From Candidatus Multivoradales bacterium (GTDB taxonomy: Bacteria > Acidobacteriota > Thermoanaerobaculia > Multivoradales > JAHEKO01), in assembly GCA_965248055.1 (NCBI GenBank), contig CBDFIJ010000004.1, positions 2,944,001-3,008,000 on the forward strand: a DNA stretch of 64,000 nt. Reading direction: 5' to 3'. The stretch's first letter is position 1. Every line of letters starts with the position of its first letter. The notes under the pieces were generated by a model. It was not told the origin of the DNA. It did not search any database and saw only the letters and a list, made by a program, of their open reading frames with translations. Positions 8,875 through 18,688 of the stretch are shown here, piece by piece. The translations under genes and the position numbers were made by a program.

Positions 8875-10195
8875 CAATATTTTGAATCGAATCTCGGCGC
8901 CAAGAACGGCCGTGCTGCTGGCGGCGCTGTTGGTTTTGCTGCTTGGATCAGGGTCACTAGGGCTCGCTCTTGCCCAAGAGACCCCCGAAGTCGAGCCAGT
9001 CCCAGAACCGGCGGAGCCGCCGGTAGTGGTACAAGAAGTTGAGGTGATTGAGCCTGAGGCGCCAGACGAACCCGCGACCGTGCGCATCAATCGCCACGAT
9101 ACTTCTGTGCAGATTTTCTCCGGCCTGACGGTGAAAGAAAACGAGATCTACAACGAAGCCGTGGCGATCTTGGGCCCGTTGAACGTCTACGGAATTGTAA
9201 AAGGTGACGCCGTGGCAGTCGGCGGGCCTGTCGAAGTTACGGGCAAAGTTGGCGGCGAACTGGTGAGTATCGGCGGCCCTGTCCATCTAGGACCTGAAGC
9301 TGAAGTCGGAAAGCTGGTCAACATTGGCGGTACCTTGGACCAAGATGAGGGTGCCGTGATCCACGGAGCGATCCAAGAGATTGGTGGCAGCGGGTTTTCG
9401 ATTGAGATTGATGGCGACAAGATCAAATTCGGTGATGACGAGATTGAGGAGCGGATCAGTGAGCGGATCCACGAGCGCCTCGACCGGGTGCATGAGCGCC
9501 GTGGCCGGGGTTATCGCAAGACAGCTAGGTTCTTCGGTGGCTTGGCTTGGTCCTTGGTGTCGATGGCTTTGTTGTTGTTCTTGCTCGCGGTGGCCGCAGT
9601 ACTCGCGCCTCGACTCATTGATCGGGCTGAAGTCAAAACTCGAATTGATCCGTGGAAATCTGCGGTGGCTGGATTTCTCGCTTTGGTTGGTTTTGTTCCC
9701 GCGATGGTGGCTGGAATTATCTTCCTGGTGATTTCTGTCGTCGGGATCTTGTTGATCCCGGTGTTTGTCCCGCTGATGTTATTGGCTCTGGTTGCTGGAG
9801 TGATTGTCGGTTTTGCTGCCGTGGCGCAACGAGTCGGTGGGCTGGTCTCCGGACGTTTTGGCTGGAGTTTTGGCAGAGTGCCGACGATCGCAGTAGGCGC
9901 GATCGCGATTTACGCGATTTGGTTGATCGGAAAGCTGTTGTCTTGGATTCCAATCCTCGGCTGGGGTACCGAGCTGATCGGTTGTCTGATCGTGATCATC
10001 GCTTGGACGGTGGGTTTGGGAGCGTTGCTTCTGGCGGCGTTCGACCCTCCGCGGGGGGATGACGAGGTCGGCGGCGCGACCGATGACGAGCCTCTAGTCT
10101 CAACACCCGCACCACCACCTCCGATACCGGCTGATGAAGCGGTGGTTGGGGCTCTCGATGAGATCGAAGAGGAGTTGTCGGACGAAGAGGGTTAA
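8867..10195 (+). CDS. Exported bactofilin-like beta-helix domain plus multi-TM membrane domain
   Basis: Signal peptide; repeats GDAVAVGGPVEVTGKVGGELVSIGG; several TM helices; acidic/Pro tail. Confidence 0.7.
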   Translation: MRNNILNRISAPRTAVLLAALLVLLLGSGSLGLALAQETPEVEPVPEPAEPPVVVQEVEVIEPEAPDEPATVRINRHDTSVQIFSGLTVKENEIYNEAVAILGPLNVYGIVKGDAVAVGGPVEVTGKVGGELVSIGGPVHLGPEAEVGKLVNIGGTLDQDEGAVIHGAIQEIGGSGFSIEIDGDKIKFGDDEIEERISERIHERLDRVHERRGRGYRKTARFFGGLAWSLVSMALLLFLLAVAAVLAPRLIDRAEVKTRIDPWKSAVAGFLALVGFVPAMVAGIIFLVISVVGILLIPVFVPLMLLALVAGVIVGFAAVAQRVGGLVSGRFGWSFGRVPTIAVGAIAIYAIWLIGKLLSWIPILGWGTELIGCLIVIIAWTVGLGALLLAAFDPPRGDDEVGGATDDEPLVSTPAPPPPIPADEAVVGALDEIEEELSDEEG

Positions 10196-10207
10196 CTTTC
10201 CACCGCC

Positions 10208-10226
10208 TTTCGGCTCAAGACCGAAA
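10208..10226. terminator. Weak hairpin between convergent genes
   Basis: TTTCGG-ctcaaga-CCGAAA. Confidence 0.3.
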
Positions 10227-10232
10227 TACCGA

Positions 10233-12431
10233 CTACGCCTGCGCTGGAGGTTTTCTTCGGCGCAGGCGTTCGTTTAGCGAGGTGTTACGGCGGCTGGGCT
10301 TGTGGGTTCGAATCGCCATCTCGACGGCGTTTTTGGGACCCAAAAGTACCACCAGCTTGGACGCTCTGGTGACCGCGGTATACAGCAAGTTGCGCACCAA
10401 CATGATGTAGTGCTGGGTGTGCAGCGGAATCACCACACAGGGATATTCACTGCCCTGTGACTTGTGGATGGAACAGGCATAGGCAAGCACGATCTGGTCG
10501 AGTTCTTGGTGCTTGTAGCTCAGCAATCGTCCGTCGATCTCGATGGTTGCGGTGCGTTTGTCGAGCGCCCTGATTTCGCCGATGTCGCCGTTGTAGACCC
10601 CCAACTCATAGTTGTTGCGGATTTGCATTACCCGGTCGCCGACCCGTAGTTCGCGGCGTTCGCTCTTGAGTCGTTGGCCGTCTGGATTGAGGATCTGTTG
10701 CAGGCATGAGTTGAGATTTTCGATCCCTAAGGTGCCACGACGCATCGGCGATAGGACTTGAATATCCCGCGTTGGGTCGAAGCCGAAGCGGGCTGGGAGA
10801 CGGTCAGTCACCAAGTGTTGCAGGGTGTCGATGATTTCCTCGGGCTGTTGCCGCTCGATCCAGTAAAAATCGCCGTCGACCGCTGAGGAGGTTTGTAGAT
10901 CGGTGTCGCCGTGCAAGATGCGATGGGCGTTGGCAATAATGCGACTGTTTCTAGCCTGGCGGTAGACCTCAGTCAGGCGGATGATCGGCACCGATGCCGA
11001 CGCGATGACATCGTGCAGCACCTTCCCAGGCCCCACCGACGGAAGTTGGTCGACATCGCCGGCTAGCACCAGTTGCGCAGTCGGGGGCAGGGCTCGGAGA
11101 AGGTCACGAAACAACGGTAGGTCGATCATCGAGGCCTCGTCCACCAGAATCAGGTCGTGGGAAAGAGGCCGCTCAGCGCCGCGCAGAAAACCACCTGTGC
11201 TGGGATCGAACTCCAACAGACGGTGCAAGGTGCTGGCGTCAAAACCGGTGGTCTCTTGCAGCCGCTTAGCAGCGCGACCGGTGGGCCCAGCGAGGGCAAC
11301 GCGGCGTTTCTTTTGCCGCAGGATGTCAACGATACCGCGCACCAAGGTGGTTTTTCCGGTTCCCGGACCGCCAGTGATCACCACCACCTTGTTCTCGATT
11401 GCCTGGCGGATCGCTGATCTCTGCGCTTCGGCCAGCTCGATTTGTTCCTGAGCTTCAAACCACTTCAGTGCTTTGTCGACTTGGATGCGAAACGGCTTCA
11501 GCGGGGCTGCGTTTAATCGAAACAGGAGCTTCGCAGCTTCCTCTTCGGCTGCCCACAGCTCCGCCAGGTAGGCACGGCCCTGGTCAATCTGCAGTCTTCT
11601 TTGCTTCACCAACTGTTGCATTCCGGTGGTGATCGCCGGCTCGGCTACTTGCAGCAGTTCCGATGCCTGTTGCAGCGCAGAGGACAGCGGCAGAAATACG
11701 TGTCCCTGTTCTCTGGCCCGCCCCAGAATGTGAAGCACGCCAGCCGCCACCCTGCTCGGTGCTTCCCCCACTACACCCAGGGATTGAGCCAGTCGATCTG
11801 AGGTATGAAAACCAATACCCGAGAAATCCAGGGCCAAGCGGTAGGGATCTGCCTCGACCACTTCCGCGGCGTTGCCACCGTAAAGCTTGGCCACCCGTTG
11901 CGCTTGGGCCAGGCCCATCCCGCCTCCCTGCAGCATCACCAGGACTTTCTGCTGGGAGGCATGCAGGCGCAGCGCCTTGCCAATCGATCGAGCCCGCTTG
12001 GGACCGATTCCGGAAACCCGGTTGAGCTTCTGTGGGGAGTCGATACCGACTTCCAGCACCTGCTCGCCGAATTCAGCCACCAAGCGCTCAGCCAGAGAAC
12101 GACCAATACCTGGGATCAACCCGGAGGCCAGGAAACGCAGCACGCCCTCTTTGCTTGCCGGCGGCACCACGCGGGCTTCTTGCGCCCGCAACTGCATGCC
12201 GAATTTCGGTTGTAGCTCCAGTTTCCCCGACGCTTCCAGTTCTTCGCCCGGTTCAACCGGGGGGAGCGAACCGACCACAGTCAGAGGTTTGCCGCCAGCG
12301 ACACGAATTCGCACCACCGCCCATCCGCCATCATCTGAGCGAAAAATGACCCGCTCAACCGGTCCTCGGGCGGTATGTCCAGAGTGGCTGGTGGCGCGAT
12401 CGGTTGGCTTGGCAGGGAAAGGGGAATCCAT
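10233..12431 (-). CDS. recD2: RecD-like DNA helicase RecD2
   Basis: HhH motifs (GIG..A), ITGGPGTGKT, VDEASM, GDVDQLPSVGPG, YRQA and HKSQGSEY. Confidence 0.93.
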   Translation of the reverse strand: MDSPFPAKPTDRATSHSGHTARGPVERVIFRSDDGGWAVVRIRVAGGKPLTVVGSLPPVEPGEELEASGKLELQPKFGMQLRAQEARVVPPASKEGVLRFLASGLIPGIGRSLAERLVAEFGEQVLEVGIDSPQKLNRVSGIGPKRARSIGKALRLHASQQKVLVMLQGGGMGLAQAQRVAKLYGGNAAEVVEADPYRLALDFSGIGFHTSDRLAQSLGVVGEAPSRVAAGVLHILGRAREQGHVFLPLSSALQQASELLQVAEPAITTGMQQLVKQRRLQIDQGRAYLAELWAAEEEAAKLLFRLNAAPLKPFRIQVDKALKWFEAQEQIELAEAQRSAIRQAIENKVVVITGGPGTGKTTLVRGIVDILRQKKRRVALAGPTGRAAKRLQETTGFDASTLHRLLEFDPSTGGFLRGAERPLSHDLILVDEASMIDLPLFRDLLRALPPTAQLVLAGDVDQLPSVGPGKVLHDVIASASVPIIRLTEVYRQARNSRIIANAHRILHGDTDLQTSSAVDGDFYWIERQQPEEIIDTLQHLVTDRLPARFGFDPTRDIQVLSPMRRGTLGIENLNSCLQQILNPDGQRLKSERRELRVGDRVMQIRNNYELGVYNGDIGEIRALDKRTATIEIDGRLLSYKHQELDQIVLAYACSIHKSQGSEYPCVVIPLHTQHYIMLVRNLLYTAVTRASKLVVLLGPKNAVEMAIRTHKPSRRNTSLNERLRRRKPPAQA

Positions 12432-12456
12432 CCGCCAATTGTGCCAGAATGGCGCC
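12432..12456. promoter_or_regulatory. Back-to-back extended -10 elements serving two divergent, apparently leaderless genes
   Basis: TGc-CAGAAT-N6-ATG on + and TGg-CACAAT-N6-ATG on -. Confidence 0.55.
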
Positions 12457-13851
12457 ATGGCTGCTGTACCTCAAGTGATGGTGATCGATGATGAGACCGG
12501 GTCGCGGGAGTCAATGGCGATTGCGGTGGAGAAGGCGGGCTGGGTGGTTCGCTCTTTTGCCGATGCCGAGGAGGCGCTGGCTTACCTCAGTGACCATCCG
12601 CAGATTCAGATCGCGATCTGTGACCTACGCATGCCTGGGGTCGACGGCCTGGAGTTCGTCCGTCGGGCGCGCGAGGCGGGCGAGGAATTGGCGATCATTT
12701 TAGTCACCGGCTACGGATCGATCGAGAATGCGGTCGAAGCGATGCGGATTGGCGCCAACGACTACTTGACCAAGCCTGTCGATCTCTATGAATTACGCCA
12801 ACGGGTACGCAACTTGACGGAAAACCAAGAGTTGCGCAGTGAGGTCTCCAGCCTCCGGCAAATGCTTGATAAGCGCTACGGATTTGAATCGATCTTGGGT
12901 CATTCCACGCCCATGGAACGGCTGTTCGAGCAGATGCGCATGGTTGCCTCGACCCGTTCTAGCGTCTTGATCGTCGGCGAGAGCGGTACCGGAAAAGAGT
13001 TGGTGGCCAAGGCGTTACACCAGGCGAGCGATCGCAACGAGCGTCGCTTCCTGGCGATCAACTGCGGTGCGATTCCCCCTGACATTTTGGAGAGCGAGCT
13101 GTTCGGTCATGAAAAGGGAGCTTTCACTGGCGCCATTAGCCGCAAGATCGGCAAGTTCGAGTTGGCGCATAAGGGCACATTGTTTCTCGATGAGATTAGC
13201 GAGTTGTACCCCGAACTACAGGTCAAGTTGCTGCGCGTGTTGGAGGAACGGCAAGTCATGCGGGTTGGCGCTGGAGACTTGATTGATGTTGATTTTCGAC
13301 TGATCGCTGCCACCAATCGAGATCTCGAGTCCTTGGTCGAGAACGGCAGATTCCGCGAAGATCTTTACTATCGGCTCAAGGTGGTAACACTGGAGATTCC
13401 ACCCTTGCGCCAGCGCGGTGAGGACATCGGTCTGCTGGCCGAACACTACTTAAACAAGTTTTGCACTGACCACGGTCGTGAACCGAAGCAACTGAGCGCG
13501 GAAGCGGTGTGGGCGTTACGCGGTTTTCCGTGGCCTGGCAACGTGCGCCAACTGCGCAACGTGATGGAGTCGGTGGTGATTTTTCATACCACCGATCGTG
13601 TCGAGGCCAGCGATCTGCCGGAGGAGATCGGTGGATCGCCGGTGCCCGCCTCGGCACTTGAGGGTGAAGTCCAAATGTCGCGCAAGATGACCATGGCCGA
13701 ACTGGAACAGTGGGCCATCTTGGACGCCCTGCAACGGTCGGACGGCCATCGCGGTGACGCTGCGAAAGCGCTAGAAATCGGCTTGCGTACGCTACAGCGT
13801 AAGCTCAAACAATATCGCGACGAGGGAGTCGAAATCGCCGGCTCCGACTAA
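12457..13851 (+). CDS. Sigma54-dependent response regulator (NtrC/AtoC family)
   Basis: Receiver domain (VIDDE, DLRMP), GESGTGKE, GAFTGA, WPGNVRQL and Fis-type HTH. Start taken as ATG 12457. Confidence 0.93.
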   Translation: MAAVPQVMVIDDETGSRESMAIAVEKAGWVVRSFADAEEALAYLSDHPQIQIAICDLRMPGVDGLEFVRRAREAGEELAIILVTGYGSIENAVEAMRIGANDYLTKPVDLYELRQRVRNLTENQELRSEVSSLRQMLDKRYGFESILGHSTPMERLFEQMRMVASTRSSVLIVGESGTGKELVAKALHQASDRNERRFLAINCGAIPPDILESELFGHEKGAFTGAISRKIGKFELAHKGTLFLDEISELYPELQVKLLRVLEERQVMRVGAGDLIDVDFRLIAATNRDLESLVENGRFREDLYYRLKVVTLEIPPLRQRGEDIGLLAEHYLNKFCTDHGREPKQLSAEAVWALRGFPWPGNVRQLRNVMESVVIFHTTDRVEASDLPEEIGGSPVPASALEGEVQMSRKMTMAELEQWAILDALQRSDGHRGDAAKALEIGLRTLQRKLKQYRDEGVEIAGSD

Positions 13852-13870
13852 CCGAGACCGAGAAACGACC

Positions 13871-14095
13871 ATGGATGTACCAACCATAGTGCTGATCCAC
13901 AATGCCCAACTTGGGCTCAAAGGCCAAGAGGGCAAGCTGTTTGAAATTGCCTCGGGCTACTATGAGGTTGAGTATGCGTTTGGTAACAATCGCCATCGCG
14001 TGTTGTTGCCGATTGCGGATACCGTTTTGATCGCCGCTGATCCAGAGGAGGATCTTGGCGAGACCATCGAGGTGGAGGAGATAGGGCGCGGTTAG
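13871..14095 (+). CDS. Small acidic hypothetical protein
   Basis: 74-aa ORF 19 bp after the regulator, with beta-rich composition. Confidence 0.7.
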   Translation: MDVPTIVLIHNAQLGLKGQEGKLFEIASGYYEVEYAFGNNRHRVLLPIADTVLIAADPEEDLGETIEVEEIGRG

Positions 14096-14123
14096 CAGCG
14101 CTCCATGTGACCTGGGGCGTGTC

Positions 14124-14855
14124 TTAGAGAGTCAAACCCCTCATCGCAGACAGCATCTCTTCCACTGCGGTGCCGATCCCGACCAGGGTGGATCGGGCGA
14201 TCAGCCAATGGCCGATGTTGAGTTCCTGGAGCGCGGGGTTTTCCGCAATCGGTCCGACATTGTTGGTGGTCAGGCCGTGCCCGGCATAAACCTGCAGTCC
14301 GAGTTCTGAACCCATTGCCACCGCCACCGAAAACCGATCGAGTTGCTGGTTTCGCCCGCTGCGGTCCGCACGGGTGTAGTGGTCGGTGTTGATTTCGAAA
14401 CCATGAATCGGTGCAAGGTCCCACTTAGCTAGCTGTTCGAACTGGATCGGTTCGGGATCAATAAATAGCGAAACTAGAATGCCGGCCTGTACCAAACGAG
14501 CTGCGGATTGCTCCAGCGCGTCTCGATTGCTGGCGAGGTCGAGCCCGCCCTCGGTGGTGATTTCACCATCCCGTTCGGGTACCAGAGTCACTTGATCGGG
14601 ATGCAGCTCCACGGCTATGTCGAGCATTTCGTCACTGGCGGCGATCTCCAAATTGAGCTTGCCGCGCACCGATCGGCGTAACTCCACGACGTCTTGGTCT
14701 TGAATGTGCCGACGGTCGTGGCGCAGATGCACGGTAATCCCCGCCGCACCTGCCCCTTCGGCCAGCAATGCTGCTTCCACCGGCGAAGGGTAGTTGCTAC
14801 CTCGGGCTTGTCGCAGAGTGGCGATGTGGTCGACGTTGACGGATAACAGGGTCAT
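14124..14855 (-). CDS. pdxJ: Pyridoxine 5'-phosphate synthase
   Basis: SVNVDHIATLRQAR, ITVHLRHDRRHIQ, AGHGL and ELNIGH motifs. Confidence 0.95.
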   Translation of the reverse strand: MTLLSVNVDHIATLRQARGSNYPSPVEAALLAEGAGAAGITVHLRHDRRHIQDQDVVELRRSVRGKLNLEIAASDEMLDIAVELHPDQVTLVPERDGEITTEGGLDLASNRDALEQSAARLVQAGILVSLFIDPEPIQFEQLAKWDLAPIHGFEINTDHYTRADRSGRNQQLDRFSVAVAMGSELGLQVYAGHGLTTNNVGPIAENPALQELNIGHWLIARSTLVGIGTAVEEMLSAMRGLTL

Positions 14856-16225
14856 GAAGGAGTTTCGACCAATTCGGTTTGGGATTCTGGGAGCTGGCGT
14901 CGAGCGACCACCGCGATGCTCTCGGCCAACGCCTCGATTTCGCTCTGTTCTTCGCCTTCGATCATGATTCTCAGCAAGGGCTCGGTGCCGCTGTAGCGAA
15001 TCACCAATCGACCTCGATCACCCAATTGCTGATGGACCTGCTCAATCACGGTTGCCAATGGCTCCACTTCGTTGATCGGTATTCTGACGCCCACCCGCAC
15101 GTTGGCGATCAATTGGGGCAAACGTTTCAAGTCGGCGAGTGCCTCGCTGAGTCGAAGGCGCAACGCTGCGAGAATTGACGCGACCCGCAGCCCGGTGAGG
15201 ATCCCGTCTCCGGTGGAAGCGGTGCTTAGGTCAACGATGTGCCCCGATTGCTCGCCGCCCAAGGTGAGTCCTTCGGAACGCAACGTTTCGACCACCGCGC
15301 GGTCTCCAACATCACAGCGAATCATTGAAATTCCTCGCGCTGCAAGAGCCTGTTCCAGTCCCAGGTTGCTCATTGAGGTGGCGACGATCTTCGGCGGGTC
15401 GAGCTGGCTTTGTCGAGTTAGTGCGGTTGCCCACAAGAACAGAATCGCGTCGCCATCGCGGGTGTTGCCCCGTTCGTCGACCAGCACCGCTCGGTCTGCG
15501 TCGCCGTCAAAGGCGATACCCAAATCCGCGCCCGCATCGACCACGGCTTGTTGTAATTTTCCGGTGTCAGTAGATCCACAACCGCGGTTGATGTTGATCC
15601 CGTTGGGGGCGTCAGCGATGGTTTGGACGTTGGCTCCGTAGGAAGAAAAGACCTGCTCGGCGATCGGTGCGGCGGCGCCGTTGGCGGTGTCGAGCACGAT
15701 TGTCAAGCCAGCCAAAGAACCGGCGGGAAGCGCTTGGCACAAGGTGTCTCGGTAGTGGTCGAGTAGAGAAATGTCCGTGGTCAGTGGGCTGGACTGGGGA
15801 ATGGTTCGTTCGATCGCTGCCAGGGCGCGGTGTTCAATGTCCTCTTCCGCTTGACGCGTGAGCTTACTGCCGTCGGCAGAAATCAATTTGATGCCGTTGT
15901 CGGTGTACGGGTTATGACTGGCGGAGACCACGATGCCAGCCCCGGCGGAGAAGTCGGTCACCAAGCGAGCCACGCCGGGGGTGGGAATCACCCCAGCATT
16001 GCGCACTGCTACCCCACAGCGTTCTAGGGCTGATTGCAACAGAGCCAAGATGTCCTCGGTGCTCGCCCGGGTATCACCGCCGACCACGATCGACGGATTG
16101 CTGCTCTGCTCAGCGAGCCATGAGCCGACCGCGGTGCCGAGGGCTGAGATCGTAATGGGATCTAACGGGTACTCACCGGCGACGCCGCGAACGCCGTCGG
16201 TGCCAAACAGGCGATTGGAGCTCAT
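14852..16225 (-). CDS. glmM: Phosphoglucosamine mutase
   Basis: FGTDGVRG, SASHNP, DGDADR, GGEQSGH and RYSGTEP motifs. Confidence 0.95.
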   Translation of the reverse strand: MSSNRLFGTDGVRGVAGEYPLDPITISALGTAVGSWLAEQSSNPSIVVGGDTRASTEDILALLQSALERCGVAVRNAGVIPTPGVARLVTDFSAGAGIVVSASHNPYTDNGIKLISADGSKLTRQAEEDIEHRALAAIERTIPQSSPLTTDISLLDHYRDTLCQALPAGSLAGLTIVLDTANGAAAPIAEQVFSSYGANVQTIADAPNGININRGCGSTDTGKLQQAVVDAGADLGIAFDGDADRAVLVDERGNTRDGDAILFLWATALTRQSQLDPPKIVATSMSNLGLEQALAARGISMIRCDVGDRAVVETLRSEGLTLGGEQSGHIVDLSTASTGDGILTGLRVASILAALRLRLSEALADLKRLPQLIANVRVGVRIPINEVEPLATVIEQVHQQLGDRGRLVIRYSGTEPLLRIMIEGEEQSEIEALAESIAVVARRQLPESQTELVETPS

Positions 16226-16887
16226 GATCCGTTGTCGCCGCCCGCTGGTACTTGGAGTTCAACCGTCACTTGCACCAACTGCGGACCGACGATTTGTAGT
16301 GCCGTGGGTTGGCCGGACACGATCGAGGCGGTTTCGGAGAAATCCAAGGCGTGTCCATCCAGGGTGATTGGGCTGGTTGGAACAAAATCGAGCGAGTTGA
16401 GCAGGCGCTCCGAGCCACGCAGTATCACCGTCGCTGGGTCTGAGGTCGCCTGGATGACAACGGCTCCGGCGGCCGGCTCACCGATCAGGCGAGGCTTAAC
16501 CGTGGCCTCGCGGGTTGCTTCGCGATCCAGTTCCACACTCAAGGTTTCCGGGTCGAGTGAGGTTACCGTCATCTCGGGAGGAAGTTGCACGGTGCTGGCG
16601 TCAAGAGGGATTTCTTGTGGCCCCAGGCGGGGTTCCGGGGTAACCAGGATACTGATTTGAAAGGGGTTGAGGGTGCGCACTGCGCTTTCCGATCCGCGTA
16701 CTGCAATTTGCACCTGGCCAGGCCGCCGTAACAGAACAAAACCTTCCGGTGAGTCATAGACCACGTCGACGTTGAGCACCCGCTCATTCTGCGGTTCCGT
16801 GCGCTCCAAGGTTATGAGGGTCCAGGCCACTAGTGCGGCAACCGCCGCAAACAGGCGTAGTCCCCACACTCCCATTCGAGGACTCAT
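16222..16887 (-). CDS. cdaR: CdaR/YbbR-domain regulator
   Basis: N-terminal TM plus YbbR-like repeats; lies between cdaA and glmM. Confidence 0.8.
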   Translation of the reverse strand: MSPRMGVWGLRLFAAVAALVAWTLITLERTEPQNERVLNVDVVYDSPEGFVLLRRPGQVQIAVRGSESAVRTLNPFQISILVTPEPRLGPQEIPLDASTVQLPPEMTVTSLDPETLSVELDREATREATVKPRLIGEPAAGAVVIQATSDPATVILRGSERLLNSLDFVPTSPITLDGHALDFSETASIVSGQPTALQIVGPQLVQVTVELQVPAGGDNGS

Positions 16888-17675
16888 GCCGCTCCTTTCT
16901 TGTTCTGTGGGTAAAGATCGGTGACCAAATACTTATACAGCAGGTTGCGTAGCGTGGTGGCGTCGAGGTCGCGTTGCAGAGTTCCAGCGATGCCCACCGA
17001 AATGGTTCCAGTTTCTTCGGAAACAACCACCGCGAGCGCGTCGGTTTCCCGGGTAATACCGATCGCCGCTCGATGACGGGTGCCCAAGCTGGTGGAAATT
17101 TCGGCGCCCAAGGACAAGGGGAGAAAGCAACCGGCGGCGACCACCCGGTCTTGATGAATCAAGACTGCTCCGTCGTGCAGCGGAGCACCAGGGTTGAAGA
17201 TGTTGACCAACAAGTCGTAGGAGAGCTGGCCGTCGATGGCGATGCCGTTCTGGGCAAACTCGCGCAGACCCTCCAATCGCTCGACGACAATTAAGGCGCC
17301 TTGCCGTTTCGCGGCGAGAGCGGTACTGGCTAGAACAATGTCTTCAAAGCCGGACACCACTTTTCCTTGCCCTCGAAAACCCCACAGCGGATTTCGACCG
17401 AACCGTGCCAGGGCTCGCCGAATTTCCGATTGGAAAAGCACAATCACCGCAAAGGGCAGGACGATCAGAAACTTGTCGAGAATTTCGTACAGCGCGTGCA
17501 GGCCGGTCGCGCGAGCAACGAAGTAAACCACCACCAAGAAGCTCATTCCGAGCAACACTTGAACCGCGCGGGTTCCACGAATCAACAGCAGGATGTAGTA
17601 GAAGACCAGCGCGACCAGCGCGATATCCAGCGCTTGGCGCCAGGTCAGGAGTTGCAGTAGGCCTTGGATCGTCAC
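16884..17675 (-). CDS. cdaA: Diadenylate cyclase CdaA (DacA)
   Basis: Three TM helices, then LHDGA, GTRHRAA and VSEETG. Start placed at GTG 17675. Confidence 0.93.
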   Translation of the reverse strand: MTIQGLLQLLTWRQALDIALVALVFYYILLLIRGTRAVQVLLGMSFLVVVYFVARATGLHALYEILDKFLIVLPFAVIVLFQSEIRRALARFGRNPLWGFRGQGKVVSGFEDIVLASTALAAKRQGALIVVERLEGLREFAQNGIAIDGQLSYDLLVNIFNPGAPLHDGAVLIHQDRVVAAGCFLPLSLGAEISTSLGTRHRAAIGITRETDALAVVVSEETGTISVGIAGTLQRDLDATTLRNLLYKYLVTDLYPQNKKGAA

Positions 17676-17688
17676 GGTGCCGATTTCA

Positions 17689-18681
17689 TCACGATGACCC
17701 CGGCTCGGGGAAGTCCTGCTGCGGAAATGCCTCATCGGCGGGTTGTCGATCGATCAAGGGCGATGGGGACAACAGCTGTTCGGGTTGTTGATGGGCGTAC
17801 CAGACGCGGAGAAAATTTACCGTCTCTGCGACATCATGGACCCGTACCATCGATGCGCATCCCAGAACCCGAGCCACGCTGGCGAGACTTGCGGCGACCC
17901 GATGCTGTGGATTCCGACCGGAAATCTCTCCCAGGTACCTTTTGCGGCTCGAGCCAAACAAAATCGGGTAGCCGAGCGCAGCCAATTGGTCCAGGCCGTT
18001 GGTCAATTGCAGGTTGTGGACAGATGACTTGCCAAAGCCGATCCCGGGGTCGAGGATGATCTGTGACACCCCGGCGCGTTCAGCGCGGCGAGCCACGGCT
18101 TTGAGTTCGTCTCGCACTTCGCTGACCACGTGGTCGAAGGAGATTCCCTGTTGCATGGTGCCAAGCGTGCCGCGGCTGTGCATGATGACCACTGGGCATC
18201 CACGTTGGGCGACCAAATCGATCATCTCCGAGTCGTTCAATCCGCCGATGTCGTTGATTAGATCGGCGCCGTTGTCGAGCGCCTGGTGGGCGACTGCCGC
18301 CTTCCGTGTGTCGACCGAGATCGGCTTTTCGGTGAGCACGCGGAGTTTCTTCAGCACTGGCAACAGGCGGCGGAGCTCTTCATCGCTGGAGATCTCTGCA
18401 GCGCCGTCGCCATAGATCCCACCGCCGGGGCGGCTAGATTCGGCGCCCAGATCGAGCAGATCTGCGCCGTTGTGGAGTAGACGCTCGGCGTGGGCGAGGG
18501 CTTGCTCCGGGGCAAGCCAGTTGCCGCCATCACTGAAAGAATCCGGGGTGATGTTGACCACGCCCATCACTACCGGGCGTTGGCGGCTCAGGCTTAACCG
18601 CCGCCCGCCAGCTAGCGACAGCTGGAAGCGGCTCTGATTGTGCGCGTCCTCTACAGAAGGCTGTGCTGCCGCGCGTACCAA
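17689..18681 (-). CDS. folP: Dihydropteroate synthase
   Basis: VMGVVNITPDSFSDGG, LDPGIGFGK, SRKR and RVHDV motifs. Start uncertain (TTG 18681). Confidence 0.93.
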   Translation of the reverse strand: MVRAAAQPSVEDAHNQSRFQLSLAGGRRLSLSRQRPVVMGVVNITPDSFSDGGNWLAPEQALAHAERLLHNGADLLDLGAESSRPGGGIYGDGAAEISSDEELRRLLPVLKKLRVLTEKPISVDTRKAAVAHQALDNGADLINDIGGLNDSEMIDLVAQRGCPVVIMHSRGTLGTMQQGISFDHVVSEVRDELKAVARRAERAGVSQIILDPGIGFGKSSVHNLQLTNGLDQLAALGYPILFGSSRKRYLGEISGRNPQHRVAASLASVARVLGCASMVRVHDVAETVNFLRVWYAHQQPEQLLSPSPLIDRQPADEAFPQQDFPEPGSS

Positions 18682-18688
18682 GGCGTTC

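Noticed and set aside
11887-12456. 190-aa N-terminal extension of the sigma54 regulator in the ORF track
   Set aside because: It is antisense to recD2; the receiver domain begins at ATG 12457.
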